Virus record (IMG/VR): IMGVR_UViG_3300022910_000004
DNA: 64,000 nt
Source: a virus
Taxonomy: Duplodnaviria > Heunggongvirae > Uroviricota > Caudoviricetes
Reading direction: 5' to 3' (one strand)
Of this stretch, positions 37,736 to 46,945 are shown in pieces (position 1 is the stretch's first letter; each line of letters starts with the position of its first letter). The position numbers and the translations under genes were made by a program. The notes under the pieces are model-generated. The model was not told the origin of the DNA, ran no database searches, and saw only the letters and a program-made list of their open reading frames with translations.

Positions 37736-38274
37736 CAATAGATGTAGACTGCACTATTTGTGACACTGGTGATTGGTGGCTTGCTTACTTATGGGAGAAG
37801 TATCGACTAACCCCTGAAGGGGAAAGTATTTGCAATTTTAATGGAGTTAAACCTTACAACTTATCTGAAATGTTTCAGTTGAATGGGGATGATCCACTGA
37901 AATTCTTTAAGAGTCCTACAGTATACGATGGTAGAAGCCCAAGAAAAGACGCTTTAGAGTGGATTCCAAAACTTAAGGAATTAGGGCATAAAATAGTATT
38001 TGTCTCAAGGATAATTCCTGAACATGCACTATCTAAAACTAACTTTCTAAATAAATGGTTTGACCATGATGGAATTATATTCACTGCCACTAAACAATAC
38101 ATCAAAGCTAATATCTTTATTGACGACTGCTATGAAGTATTAAATACACTAAGTGACGAAACATTAAGTATAAAGTTTAGACTGGACTATATGGAAAAGA
38201 TAAAACCCACTAGACCTTATCTTATTCAGTTTAATTGGGAACAAATCTACAATCACATAAGGGGCTTAAGTTGA
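37723..38274 (+). CDS. HAD-family 5'(3')-deoxyribonucleotidase
   Basis: motif I DVDCT and motif IV IFIDD. Confidence 0.65.
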   Translation: MSTIAIDVDCTICDTGDWWLAYLWEKYRLTPEGESICNFNGVKPYNLSEMFQLNGDDPLKFFKSPTVYDGRSPRKDALEWIPKLKELGHKIVFVSRIIPEHALSKTNFLNKWFDHDGIIFTATKQYIKANIFIDDCYEVLNTLSDETLSIKFRLDYMEKIKPTRPYLIQFNWEQIYNHIRGLS

Positions 38275-38816
38275 AGCAAAGAATACTGAAATGGATGTGT
38301 GCCATAGGGCAAAACCCCTATGAGCTTATAGGATTAGATAAGGGGCTCTTACTACAAAGGTTTAAGTCGAGATATGAACTTAAGATAGAAGAGCTTCAGG
38401 AGCAACTGGAGGCCCTTGAAGAGGGTAATTTTGTTGAGTTTCTTGATGGTATTCTGGATGAATACGTCTACTTATCTCAAGACATGGTGGAGTTGGAAGC
38501 CTTGGGGTTTAAGGTGAATGAAGCGTTTAACGCTGTCTTAGATAATAATGAGACTAAATTGACCACCTCAGAGGACTACATATTAATTCAACATGCCTTG
38601 AAAGTTAAAGATGCTGGAGAGAATAACTGGTACGTAGATGCTAACGTATTCAATGATGAAACTTATTACTGTCTAAAGAACCACAGTAATGATAAAGTGG
38701 CTAAATTCATTGATCATGAGAAGCCGGATATCAGTCAATTTGTACCTATCTCTTTACAAAACTTAACACAGGCTGAAAGCGATACCAGACTCCCCTCAAT
38801 AGGAAATGTGTCGTGA
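38271..38816 (+). CDS. hypothetical protein (start uncertain: TTG 38271 overlapping upstream stop, or ATG 38235)
   Basis: AAGGGG RBS 6 nt before the TTG. Confidence 0.35.
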   Translation: MKQRILKWMCAIGQNPYELIGLDKGLLLQRFKSRYELKIEELQEQLEALEEGNFVEFLDGILDEYVYLSQDMVELEALGFKVNEAFNAVLDNNETKLTTSEDYILIQHALKVKDAGENNWYVDANVFNDETYYCLKNHSNDKVAKFIDHEKPDISQFVPISLQNLTQAESDTRLPSIGNVS

Positions 38817-38849
38817 ATATAGCAAATAAAAAGACGGGAGGAAAATATA

Positions 38850-39896
38850 TTGAAATACCTGAGTGAAGTGAGGGGACGATCGGGTACAGTTGCTCGTGTG
38901 GTAGCCTATTCCCAAGCGGCAAGTAGTGGGACCAACTTGATCACATTTGAGTACGAAGCTTATCGTGGGATTTTGGCAGAGTTAAACACTCATTGTATGT
39001 TGCCTAAGAACGCTGAAAGCTCTCGTGCAGTTCCTATTAAGAAGCGTATAGAGGCGATTAGGAATAGTCCTTATGTTCCTATTGTCTTTGGGTCTAATAA
39101 GGCTGGAATGCAGGCTGGGGAAGAAATAGATACCTTAGTAAAAGTATTTAATCCAGAATATGATCCAGAACTTGGGGATGATGGTTACCGTACAAAAGAG
39201 GTTGCGTGGAAAGTTTCTGCTAACAGAGTAGCGGATATCATGCAAGCTTGGGAAGATGCTGGATATCATAAGCAAATCGTTAATCGTATTGGTGAAGCCT
39301 TTACTACAGTGAAGGGTGTCCTCACTGCTACTGAATGGGATAACTTCTGGCACCTTCGTAGAGATGAGATGGCTGATCCGGCTATTAAAGAATTAGCTGA
39401 TTGTATGTGGAAGGCTAAGAAAGAAGTTGAAGATAATGGATTGATTGAAACACTTCAGGCTGGGGAATGGCATACTCCTTATGTGAAACATGCTCGTTGT
39501 CCTGAAAGTGGTAAATTTGATTACATCTTAGAAACAGATGTTGAAGGGGTATTTAAGTCTTTAACTTTAGAAGAAGCTTTAAAAATATCTTCAGTAGCTT
39601 GTGGACAAGTTAGTTTTAGAAAGCTCGATACTTCAGAAGAAACTGTAGAACGTGTCTGGGATAGATTGATGGGTGGTGCAATTATCCATGCTTCTGTTAC
39701 ACAACATCAAGGGACTCCTATGAGTATTCCTGTATATAGTGAGCAAGTAGATACATGGGAAGGTCTCTTTAATGAGGATGGTATTACTCATATAGATAAG
39801 AATTATCAGAAGTGGTCAGCACAGTTCAAACATTGGATTATGTTTAGAAAGACCATTCCTAATGAAGTATGTTTAAATTATGTAGAAGGTGAATAG
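38850..39896 (+). CDS. ThyX-like (flavin-dependent thymidylate synthase family) protein, divergent (TTG start)
   Basis: segments NAESSRAV and W..LRRDEMADPAIKELA align with ThyX blocks NELSGRY and LR.D..A..EI from memory, but canonical RHR is THC here. Confidence 0.35.
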   Translation: MKYLSEVRGRSGTVARVVAYSQAASSGTNLITFEYEAYRGILAELNTHCMLPKNAESSRAVPIKKRIEAIRNSPYVPIVFGSNKAGMQAGEEIDTLVKVFNPEYDPELGDDGYRTKEVAWKVSANRVADIMQAWEDAGYHKQIVNRIGEAFTTVKGVLTATEWDNFWHLRRDEMADPAIKELADCMWKAKKEVEDNGLIETLQAGEWHTPYVKHARCPESGKFDYILETDVEGVFKSLTLEEALKISSVACGQVSFRKLDTSEETVERVWDRLMGGAIIHASVTQHQGTPMSIPVYSEQVDTWEGLFNEDGITHIDKNYQKWSAQFKHWIMFRKTIPNEVCLNYVEGE

Positions 39897-39899
39897 AAT

Positions 39900-40337
39900 A
39901 TGCCAGTGAATTATCTTAGCTTCAAGGATTTAGAGAAAGTATTAGGATTTAAGAGCGCAAAAGAAACAAACAATATCAAAGAGTTTGAAAGAATTATATT
40001 TGAAAATGGGGCTGATATAACTAAGCCCTATAAAATAGAAGATTGTTTTCATCGCCCTCGCACAAGCAACATTGCTTATAATGGACTTCGTGTGGTATTC
40101 CAAGAACGATTGGACAGAGATTGGGTGACAGGCAAAGCAGCTTCTTTAGATGCTTATGTAGAAGCTTCTGGAGATATCTCAATGGTTAGGGAATTACAAT
40201 CCCTTAATCCAAGAAATGATACTTCGTGGGATGAAGAAAAACATTTGAGTATTGAAATCCCTGAGGACACTCCTTTTGACAAAGAAGCGCCTGAACTAGA
40301 AAACAAAGAAGCAGTAATATTGAGGGAAATTGATTGA
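39900..40337 (+). CDS. hypothetical protein
   Basis: 145-aa ORF. Confidence 0.45.
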   Translation: MPVNYLSFKDLEKVLGFKSAKETNNIKEFERIIFENGADITKPYKIEDCFHRPRTSNIAYNGLRVVFQERLDRDWVTGKAASLDAYVEASGDISMVRELQSLNPRNDTSWDEEKHLSIEIPEDTPFDKEAPELENKEAVILREID

Positions 40338-42181
40338 TTAAAGATAAAGATTCAGTAGTAGAGTATAACGGTATCCTTATTGATTATTCCAGAGATAAGT
40401 TGATACCGGAAAAAGGTCTGGTCCTCCTTACGAAAAAGGGATTTTATAAAAAGGAACATGAAGACTCTCCACAAGAGTCTTTTGCAAGAGCTGCAACTTG
40501 TTATTCTTTTGGTGATTATGATTTTGCTCAACGAATCTATGACTATGCAAGTCGAGGCTGGTTTACTTTCGCCTCTCCTGTGCTCTCTAATGCAGTGGAT
40601 GTTGACTGGCCTTCTTTTAGAAATCATCAGTTTGATGAAGCTGGTGAATGGTTAGAGGAAAACGTAACTCCAGATGGTTTACCAATTTCTTGTTTCTTGA
40701 GTATGATCACTGACAATAAAAAAGGTCTAGTGGATTCAAGTACAGAAACACGTTGGTTGAGTATGATGGGAGGCGGCATTGGAATTTATGCTAACAACAG
40801 AGCCCCTGATGAAAAGTCTACAGGAGTTATGGCTCATTTACGTGGATACGATGCTGATGCTTTATCGTATAAGCAGACAGAATCTCGTAGAGGAAGTATC
40901 GCTGTATATTTAGATATCGATCATCCAGAAATATTATCTTTCTTGGAGATGCGTAATCCAGTTGGTGGTGATGCTAATAAGAAATGCTTTAACCTCAACA
41001 ATGCGATAAACATAACTGATAAGTTTATGAGAGCTGTTATCAAAGGTGAAGAGTATGAATTGGTTGATCCTAAGCACGGAAATACAGGAAGAAAATTAAG
41101 TGCTCGTGAAGTTTGGAAAATGATTCTTCAATCTCGTTATGAGACTGGTGAGCCTTACTTAAACTTTATCGACACAATTAATAAAAGTATTCCTAGTTGG
41201 ATTACCAAACCCACTTACAAAGTTGTGCAAAGTAATCTATGTAATGAAATTACTTTAATGACAAGTAAGAAGCGTACAGCGGTTTGTTGTTTATCAAGTT
41301 TAAATTTAGATAAATATGACGAATGGAAAGAGACAACAATAGTACAAGATATTGTTAGACTTCTTGACAATGTACTGGAATACTTTATTCGATTAGCTCC
41401 CCCAGAGTTAAACAAAGCTGTTTACTCAGCAAGTAAAGAGAGGGCAATTGGTTTAGGTACTTTAGGTTTTCATTCTTACTTACAAAGTAAACGTATTCCT
41501 TTTGAATCTGGGGGAATGAACAGTGCAGCTAGCGAAACTTATAAAATATTCTCGTATATAAAAAGAGAAGCTGTTAAAGCCAGTAAGCAATTGGCAACTG
41601 AGCGTGGTGAGTGTAGTGATTGTGCTGGCAGTGGGATGCGTAATAGTCACTTAATGGCAATTGCCCCCAACGCTTCAAGCAGTGATATGGTAGGTGTATC
41701 TCCTAGTTGTGAACCTCTATCAGCTAATGCATTTTTATCTGAAGGAAGAGCTGGTAGTTTCTTGATTAAGAACCACCACCTCAAAAGTGAGTTACAAGAG
41801 TTGGGACTTGATACAGAGGAATTCTGGGATCAAGTTGAAAGGGAGAAGGGAAGTATTCAAGGAATTAAAGGTCTTCCTGATTGGATGTATGCAGTCTATA
41901 AAACTTTTGGTGAAATTGATCCAAAATGGATTATTGAACTAGCCTCAATTAGACAGCCTGAGGTATGTCAAGGAATGTCTAACAACATTAAAGTTAGAAA
42001 GGATATTACTCTACAAAAAATGAGTGACATTCATATACTTGCTTGGTGGAAGGGACTAAAAGGTTTGTATTATTGTCGAGCAGAAAAACCTGTACAGACA
42101 TATAATGTGGATACATCTCAACCCTTAAACAAGGTGAATGTAGAAATTAATTTTGAGGAGTGTATTTCATGCTCGGGTTAA
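40334..42181 (+). CDS. nrdA: ribonucleoside-diphosphate reductase large subunit (class I, no ATP cone; TTG start)
   Basis: SNLCNEIT catalytic motif, YYCRAE, C-terminal CISCSG redox pair. Confidence 0.85.
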   Translation: MIKDKDSVVEYNGILIDYSRDKLIPEKGLVLLTKKGFYKKEHEDSPQESFARAATCYSFGDYDFAQRIYDYASRGWFTFASPVLSNAVDVDWPSFRNHQFDEAGEWLEENVTPDGLPISCFLSMITDNKKGLVDSSTETRWLSMMGGGIGIYANNRAPDEKSTGVMAHLRGYDADALSYKQTESRRGSIAVYLDIDHPEILSFLEMRNPVGGDANKKCFNLNNAINITDKFMRAVIKGEEYELVDPKHGNTGRKLSAREVWKMILQSRYETGEPYLNFIDTINKSIPSWITKPTYKVVQSNLCNEITLMTSKKRTAVCCLSSLNLDKYDEWKETTIVQDIVRLLDNVLEYFIRLAPPELNKAVYSASKERAIGLGTLGFHSYLQSKRIPFESGGMNSAASETYKIFSYIKREAVKASKQLATERGECSDCAGSGMRNSHLMAIAPNASSSDMVGVSPSCEPLSANAFLSEGRAGSFLIKNHHLKSELQELGLDTEEFWDQVEREKGSIQGIKGLPDWMYAVYKTFGEIDPKWIIELASIRQPEVCQGMSNNIKVRKDITLQKMSDIHILAWWKGLKGLYYCRAEKPVQTYNVDTSQPLNKVNVEINFEECISCSG

Positions 42182-42393
42182 ATACAGCAAAAGACTTCTT
42201 TGGACAGGAGTTAAAAGTTGGAGACAAAGTGGCAAGTCTAATAAAAGATTATCGAGGCTTGACTAAAGCAGAAGTGATAAAGATAACACCTCAAAATATT
42301 AGAGTGACATATAAAACTCACAACAATTATGTCAGAGAGTATCTTTGTCCTTCTGATTGGGTAGTTAAGGAACCAGATAATGTCAATATTTGA
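42160..42393 (+). CDS. small ORF overlapping the nrdA end
   Basis: 77-aa ORF. Confidence 0.3.
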   Translation: MYFMLGLNTAKDFFGQELKVGDKVASLIKDYRGLTKAEVIKITPQNIRVTYKTHNNYVREYLCPSDWVVKEPDNVNI

Positions 42394-43384
42394 AGAAAGT
42401 TTAAGTTATAGACCTTTTAAATACCCATTTGCAGTCGAGGCGGAAAAGAAGCAATTCATTGATACTTACTGGCATGAGGGGCAAGTAGATTTACAGGATG
42501 ATTTAAGGCAGTACTACTCCAAGGATGGATTAAAAACCCCTAACTGTACACATGAATACAACAAATATATTTTAGATACATCTTTGTTATTCTTTACTCA
42601 GTTAGATATGAATGTAGCTCAGGGATATGTAGACTTATTACCTTACACAAAGAATAATGAAATTAAAACTTTATTTATTCAACAGGCAGCAAAGGAAGTA
42701 CGTCATCAAAGGGCTTACGCATTAGCTGGGGAAACGTTTGGGTTTACGGATGCAGACTGGAATGCATTCAGACAGTATAAGGAAATGACTAGTAAGATTG
42801 ATGTGATGTCTTTTAGTAGTCTGCCGTTAAGCACTCCTCTTGGGTACGCCCTAAAGCTTACACAAGTGCTTTTAGGGGAGGGTATAGGATTGTTCGCTCA
42901 ATTCACTGCCCTCTTGAACAAGAAGCGTTATGGATTACTAATAGGCTTTAATGACATTAATCAATGGAGTTTATTGGATGAGTTTCTTCATGTTGAGAAT
43001 AACCTTGCTGTTCTTAAGCATGTTATTCCAGACTTGACTGAAGCAGAGAAGACCGACCTCATTCAAACGACTAAAGTTATGGTAGACGATTTTGTTGCGG
43101 CAGAACATGCCATCATTGATCTCTACTACGAGAAGGGTAGTTTGGAAGGAATTGATAAGGAGGACTTCAAGAACTACATTAAGTACTTAGGAAAGAATAT
43201 CCTATTTAAGGCAGGTTATATTGGAAGTCTTGAAGTTCCAGTAAACCCTTTAAAGTGGATGGATAGTATGCTAAGTGCTGAAAGGCATGGGGCATTCTTT
43301 GAGAAACGTGTTACAGACTATTCTCACAAGAAGCTTGAAGGTGAAATAGATTATAGTAAATACCAAATCTTACTTGACAGCTAG
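42380..43384 (+). CDS. nrdB: ribonucleoside-diphosphate reductase small subunit
   Basis: 334 aa; KEVRHQ iron-ligand motif; follows nrdA. Confidence 0.75.
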   Translation: MSIFEESLSYRPFKYPFAVEAEKKQFIDTYWHEGQVDLQDDLRQYYSKDGLKTPNCTHEYNKYILDTSLLFFTQLDMNVAQGYVDLLPYTKNNEIKTLFIQQAAKEVRHQRAYALAGETFGFTDADWNAFRQYKEMTSKIDVMSFSSLPLSTPLGYALKLTQVLLGEGIGLFAQFTALLNKKRYGLLIGFNDINQWSLLDEFLHVENNLAVLKHVIPDLTEAEKTDLIQTTKVMVDDFVAAEHAIIDLYYEKGSLEGIDKEDFKNYIKYLGKNILFKAGYIGSLEVPVNPLKWMDSMLSAERHGAFFEKRVTDYSHKKLEGEIDYSKYQILLDS

Positions 43385-43402
43385 TTAAGTATAGGCGATA
43401 CT

Positions 43403-43441
43403 AGCCCCATATGACTTAGGTTGTGTGGGGCTTTTCGTTTT
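43403..43441 (+). terminator. putative rho-independent terminator
   Basis: AGCCCC...GGGGCT stem then TTTCGTTTTT. Confidence 0.45.
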
Positions 43442-43454
43442 TGGAGGATAGTGA

Positions 43455-43718
43455 ATGGTTATCGAAACTTACAATCTTAAATCTAATGGATCATTTTCTA
43501 TATTTAATGATCCTTATGACAAAGAGCAACACCCTAATCAACGGGGTGGATTAGACAAGTATATTGATGTACTAGATCATAGAACTGGGGAAATTAATTC
43601 TGTAAAGCTCTACATTAATAGTAAAGGGCTTCATTTTAAAAAGAATGGTTCACATTACTTATCAGAGTTTATTTTAGATTCTATATACGTTCCTTATCAA
43701 ATTGAGGTGTTGGTATGA
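43455..43718 (+). CDS. hypothetical protein
   Basis: GGAGGA RBS. Confidence 0.45.
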   Translation: MVIETYNLKSNGSFSIFNDPYDKEQHPNQRGGLDKYIDVLDHRTGEINSVKLYINSKGLHFKKNGSHYLSEFILDSIYVPYQIEVLV

Positions 43719-44017
43719 GTTCAGTAAAAGAGGATAAAGTGAAGCCTAGACTCAAGGTTAGCCTAACAGTAACTTCTTATCTGACTAAGACTGGTTTTGA
43801 GCTAAAGAAGTCGTTATACTTCTACAAGAACCCCAATCCTGAATACCTAATTGATGCCTTCAAAGAATGGGCTAAAGAGCGTGGATTGTATGCTATCACT
43901 AATCTTCATCTGCTTGATGATGGAATATACGAATTGGTAATAAGAAATATATCTTATGATTGGGATACTGGCACTCCTGATGACTGGGAATTTGAATTAA
44001 TTGAGTGGAGGGACTAA
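43715..44017 (+). CDS. hypothetical protein
   Basis: 100-aa ORF. Confidence 0.45.
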   Translation: MSSVKEDKVKPRLKVSLTVTSYLTKTGFELKKSLYFYKNPNPEYLIDAFKEWAKERGLYAITNLHLLDDGIYELVIRNISYDWDTGTPDDWEFELIEWRD

Positions 44018-45207
44018 TGGATATTGAAAAAATACAAAAATTTATAACTTCAGCAGAATCATTGAAGCGTAAAGTCACTACTGAATCGGCTGCTACATTT
44101 ATTGAAGCATCGCTTTACGTAACGAAAGAATTTATTGCTGAAATTACAGCATTGCAAGACCGCCTGTGCGCTGCTGAAAGTCGAATAACCGAATGGTTTT
44201 GTGAATCGTGCAATACAGTTTATCCGGCACCAAAAGGGTTCAACCTATTATGCAAGTGTGGGGATGGCACATTAAAGCCATCCAGCATGATTGAGCGGGA
44301 ATTGGTTAGACGTTTAGAGAATAGCCACATTGAGTGTAAGTCAATCTCTGATGACCGCGACCGCTTGCAGTCAATTGTCGATGAAGCGCAGGGGCAAGAG
44401 CCATTTGACTTTGACAGGATTACCAATGCCATCCACGACCTTTGCCTCAGTACTGATGCAGGAGTAGTGCCATCATGGAAAGATATTAATTCAATTCTTT
44501 GTTCACAAAAACTCTACGCCCTTCCTCCAATACCAGCTAAGCAAGTGCCAGATGGATATGTGCACGTGGATGAGGTCATTCAGCTTTGCAGAGACTTTAG
44601 TAGTCGCACCGGCTCAATCTATATCGGTGATGTTGAGGCGGCCTTAACGGGCATGCTGCAATCGCACCCAGAGCCAAAGCAATCAGTCGAGATAAATGAC
44701 CAAGAAATGCGCGAAGCTTATGAGTTGGCGTGCATGAAAAAATATGAATCGAATTTGGCCAGATGCTTTCTTCGGCTATATACGCCAGATAAGCAATCAG
44801 TCGAGATAAGCGGCGGGGGTGATGAACTTATCGGGTATATTCACGAAATTGACCTTGAGCATTTAAAAGAGACAGGTAAAGGCAAAATATATCGCGATGA
44901 AATCCTTGATTCATTAGCGGTTTATTCTAGGCCATCCCCCAATAAGGCAGATGTGCCGGAAGAAATTAGAAAGGAAATATTGATTGATGCGATTCGCTCA
45001 ATAGAGAAAAGTCACTTTAGAACAGTTGATGATCATGGTGCGAGCGAGCATGCACAAATTGTGCTAGGCCACTTACGTGGTCTTGCTGGATTACCGATGG
45101 TTTTTAAAAGCGACTTACCTGCATGGGATGGTGAAAAATATGCCATGCCCGAAAATAGTAATTTGTTGGCTAATTGTAAGCCGCTCCCACCGCTAAAGGA
45201 TGAGTAA
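44017..45207 (+). CDS. GC-rich (about 48%) horizontally acquired gene; zinc-ribbon protein of unknown function
   Basis: CESCN...CKCGDG; codon usage rich in GCG/CGC/CCG unlike flanks; internal repeat KQSVEI appears twice; C-terminus PLKDE duplicated downstream. Confidence 0.55.
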   Translation: MDIEKIQKFITSAESLKRKVTTESAATFIEASLYVTKEFIAEITALQDRLCAAESRITEWFCESCNTVYPAPKGFNLLCKCGDGTLKPSSMIERELVRRLENSHIECKSISDDRDRLQSIVDEAQGQEPFDFDRITNAIHDLCLSTDAGVVPSWKDINSILCSQKLYALPPIPAKQVPDGYVHVDEVIQLCRDFSSRTGSIYIGDVEAALTGMLQSHPEPKQSVEINDQEMREAYELACMKKYESNLARCFLRLYTPDKQSVEISGGGDELIGYIHEIDLEHLKETGKGKIYRDEILDSLAVYSRPSPNKADVPEEIRKEILIDAIRSIEKSHFRTVDDHGASEHAQIVLGHLRGLAGLPMVFKSDLPAWDGEKYAMPENSNLLANCKPLPPLKDE

Positions 45208-45208
45208 T
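45193..45208. repeat. direct repeat copy 1 (CTAAAGGATGAGTAAT)
   Basis: perfect 16-bp match with 45366-45381; contains the stop codon of the GC-rich gene. Confidence 0.8.
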
Positions 45209-45209
45209 T

Positions 45210-45380
45210 ATGAGAAAGTTTTTAATCATGACATTAGTAAAAATGCGTTGGATCTATTTTCACATTCACCCAAGCTATTTTAAATTTACAGTCAATGGTG
45301 AGCCGCATTTTCAAAACTTAAAGAACAACACAATACATAGTAATTATGTTTGGGTGGATGAACCACTAAAGGATGAGTAA
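45210..45380 (+). CDS. 56-aa ORF ending in the same PLKDE-stop as the upstream GC-rich gene (possible remnant or displaced gene end)
   Basis: in-frame ATG at 45210; C-terminus VDEPLKDE; lies between the two 16-bp repeats. Confidence 0.3.
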   Translation: MRKFLIMTLVKMRWIYFHIHPSYFKFTVNGEPHFQNLKNNTIHSNYVWVDEPLKDE

Positions 45381-45381
45381 T
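45366..45381. repeat. direct repeat copy 2 (CTAAAGGATGAGTAAT)
   Basis: contains the stop of the 56-aa ORF and the ATG of the 45373 gene. Confidence 0.8.
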
Positions 45382-45729
45382 ATGGAATGTGGAAATGATC
45401 TTGCTAAACTCTACTACGAGGCCCATATTACTATCGAACCTGTATTTGATGATAGACGCTTAGCTGCTTCTGCTATTGCTATTTCGTATGGCTTTAAATT
45501 AGCAGATCTTCTTATGAAGAAACGTTCTGAAGATACAGAGGAACGTTCAGCTAAAGACACATTTATGACAGGTCATAGCAAAAGTAGGCTTGACATTGAA
45601 TCTAGAACAAGAGATACTATCCTTCACCTTCAAAGGGCTGGTTACAAAGTTTGGCGATACAAGATAGAAGATACTTTACTTGATAGCCGAATTAAAGATG
45701 TTTTTAACTTACTAGGAGATGAAAAATGA
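45373..45729 (+). CDS. hypothetical protein
   Basis: 118-aa ORF. Confidence 0.45.
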   Translation: MSNMECGNDLAKLYYEAHITIEPVFDDRRLAASAIAISYGFKLADLLMKKRSEDTEERSAKDTFMTGHSKSRLDIESRTRDTILHLQRAGYKVWRYKIEDTLLDSRIKDVFNLLGDEK

Positions 45730-46025
45730 AAAAGATATTTTTACTGTTGATTTGCTTTATCCCAATGTTTACCTTAGCTGATACTATCCCTGCTGGTTAT
45801 TGTCAGGTAGAAGTGTGTAATAGAATTGAACGCTTTAGTTTAGACCCCTTCTCTCACCTAAAGGATCGTATTGGAGAAAGTTGTGTAGTCACTCTTGTTA
45901 GTAAAGAAGATGCTGTTGCTGATAAGAAGTTAAGCTCTGAGTCTCGTTGGTATCAGGGATCTACTATCAACCCAACTAAAGAAAGTGTTACTCGGGTTAA
46001 AAGAGTTATTCTTTGTGGGGAATAG
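45726..46025 (+). CDS. secreted protein with signal peptide
   Basis: MKKIFLLLICFIPMFTLA. Confidence 0.45.
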   Translation: MKKIFLLLICFIPMFTLADTIPAGYCQVEVCNRIERFSLDPFSHLKDRIGESCVVTLVSKEDAVADKKLSSESRWYQGSTINPTKESVTRVKRVILCGE

Positions 46026-46026
46026 T

Positions 46027-46230
46027 GTGATTCTTATTACCTATTTAGAAGAGTGGGCTTACGACAGCAAAGGTAGAAAATCTCATAAACTAACTTCACC
46101 AAAAATTATGGTGAGTCATGGGGTAGATCCAACCACTTCAAATAATGTTATAGTTCCTCAAGAGAGTTTAGACTATTACATTCATATAGGTGCTAAACTT
46201 GGATTAGATGGAGAGTACCATTTATGCTAA
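46027..46230 (+). CDS. hypothetical protein (GTG start; alternative start 45985)
   Basis: ORF continues from 45985 and overlaps the upstream gene. Confidence 0.3.
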   Translation: MILITYLEEWAYDSKGRKSHKLTSPKIMVSHGVDPTTSNNVIVPQESLDYYIHIGAKLGLDGEYHLC

Positions 46231-46436
46231 ATATTACAAGAGATAAATTAGAAGAGTTCCTTGCTAAGCTTAGGCTTGAGTGCAGCAAAAGGGGAGAAGC
46301 TCATGTTAGTTGGGGAGTGATTGGGCCTACTTTAATCGTTGATATCATTATTGATGGATTAAGGGATAGCTATTGCATTTACAACTCAGCTAATGGTGGG
46401 GTGACATTTGATCGCATTTGGAACGGTGTTATCTAG
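46224..46436 (+). CDS. hypothetical protein
   Basis: 70-aa ORF. Confidence 0.4.
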   Translation: MLNITRDKLEEFLAKLRLECSKRGEAHVSWGVIGPTLIVDIIIDGLRDSYCIYNSANGGVTFDRIWNGVI

Positions 46437-46448
46437 GAGAATACTTGT

Positions 46449-46727
46449 ATGATGATGAAATATGTTTGTTTTATTAATGAAGATGCTAACATAGAAGAAA
46501 TATTCCTATTTCCTAAAGTAGTTCATCATGACTGCTTTTCAGAGGATATTGATTTTATGAGAAATCAGAGTTATGGTGATTGGAACAGAATTGCTAGACG
46601 ACCAGTGTCGGCAGGCTTTGTTAGGTTTGTAGGAGGTAAGGTTGTTTGTTTTGGCAGAAGTGAAACCTTAAAATTATCCTCAAGACCAATAGATACTGAA
46701 ATTCTGAATAAACAACTGGGAGGTTAG
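46449..46727 (+). CDS. hypothetical protein
   Basis: 92-aa ORF. Confidence 0.4.
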   Translation: MMMKYVCFINEDANIEEIFLFPKVVHHDCFSEDIDFMRNQSYGDWNRIARRPVSAGFVRFVGGKVVCFGRSETLKLSSRPIDTEILNKQLGG

Positions 46728-46728
46728 T

Positions 46729-46941
46729 ATGAGAGATAAAGAAGTTCACGTATTCACAGAGAAAGGTGGGATGATAGCGCAAGGCCTTCCAATTGCTGAG
46801 GCAAGAAAAATAGCTAATAAGTATGCTAGGGAGAATATTGGGCAATCAGCTCACATATTCGGCATCGTAGAATCTCATTTATGTCCTGAAGTTCCACCAA
46901 CTGTCACTAAAGGATATTGGGCTCAACCGCAGGAGGAATAA
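46729..46941 (+). CDS. hypothetical protein
   Basis: 70-aa ORF. Confidence 0.4.
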   Translation: MRDKEVHVFTEKGGMIAQGLPIAEARKIANKYARENIGQSAHIFGIVESHLCPEVPPTVTKGYWAQPQEE

Positions 46942-46945
46942 TCCT

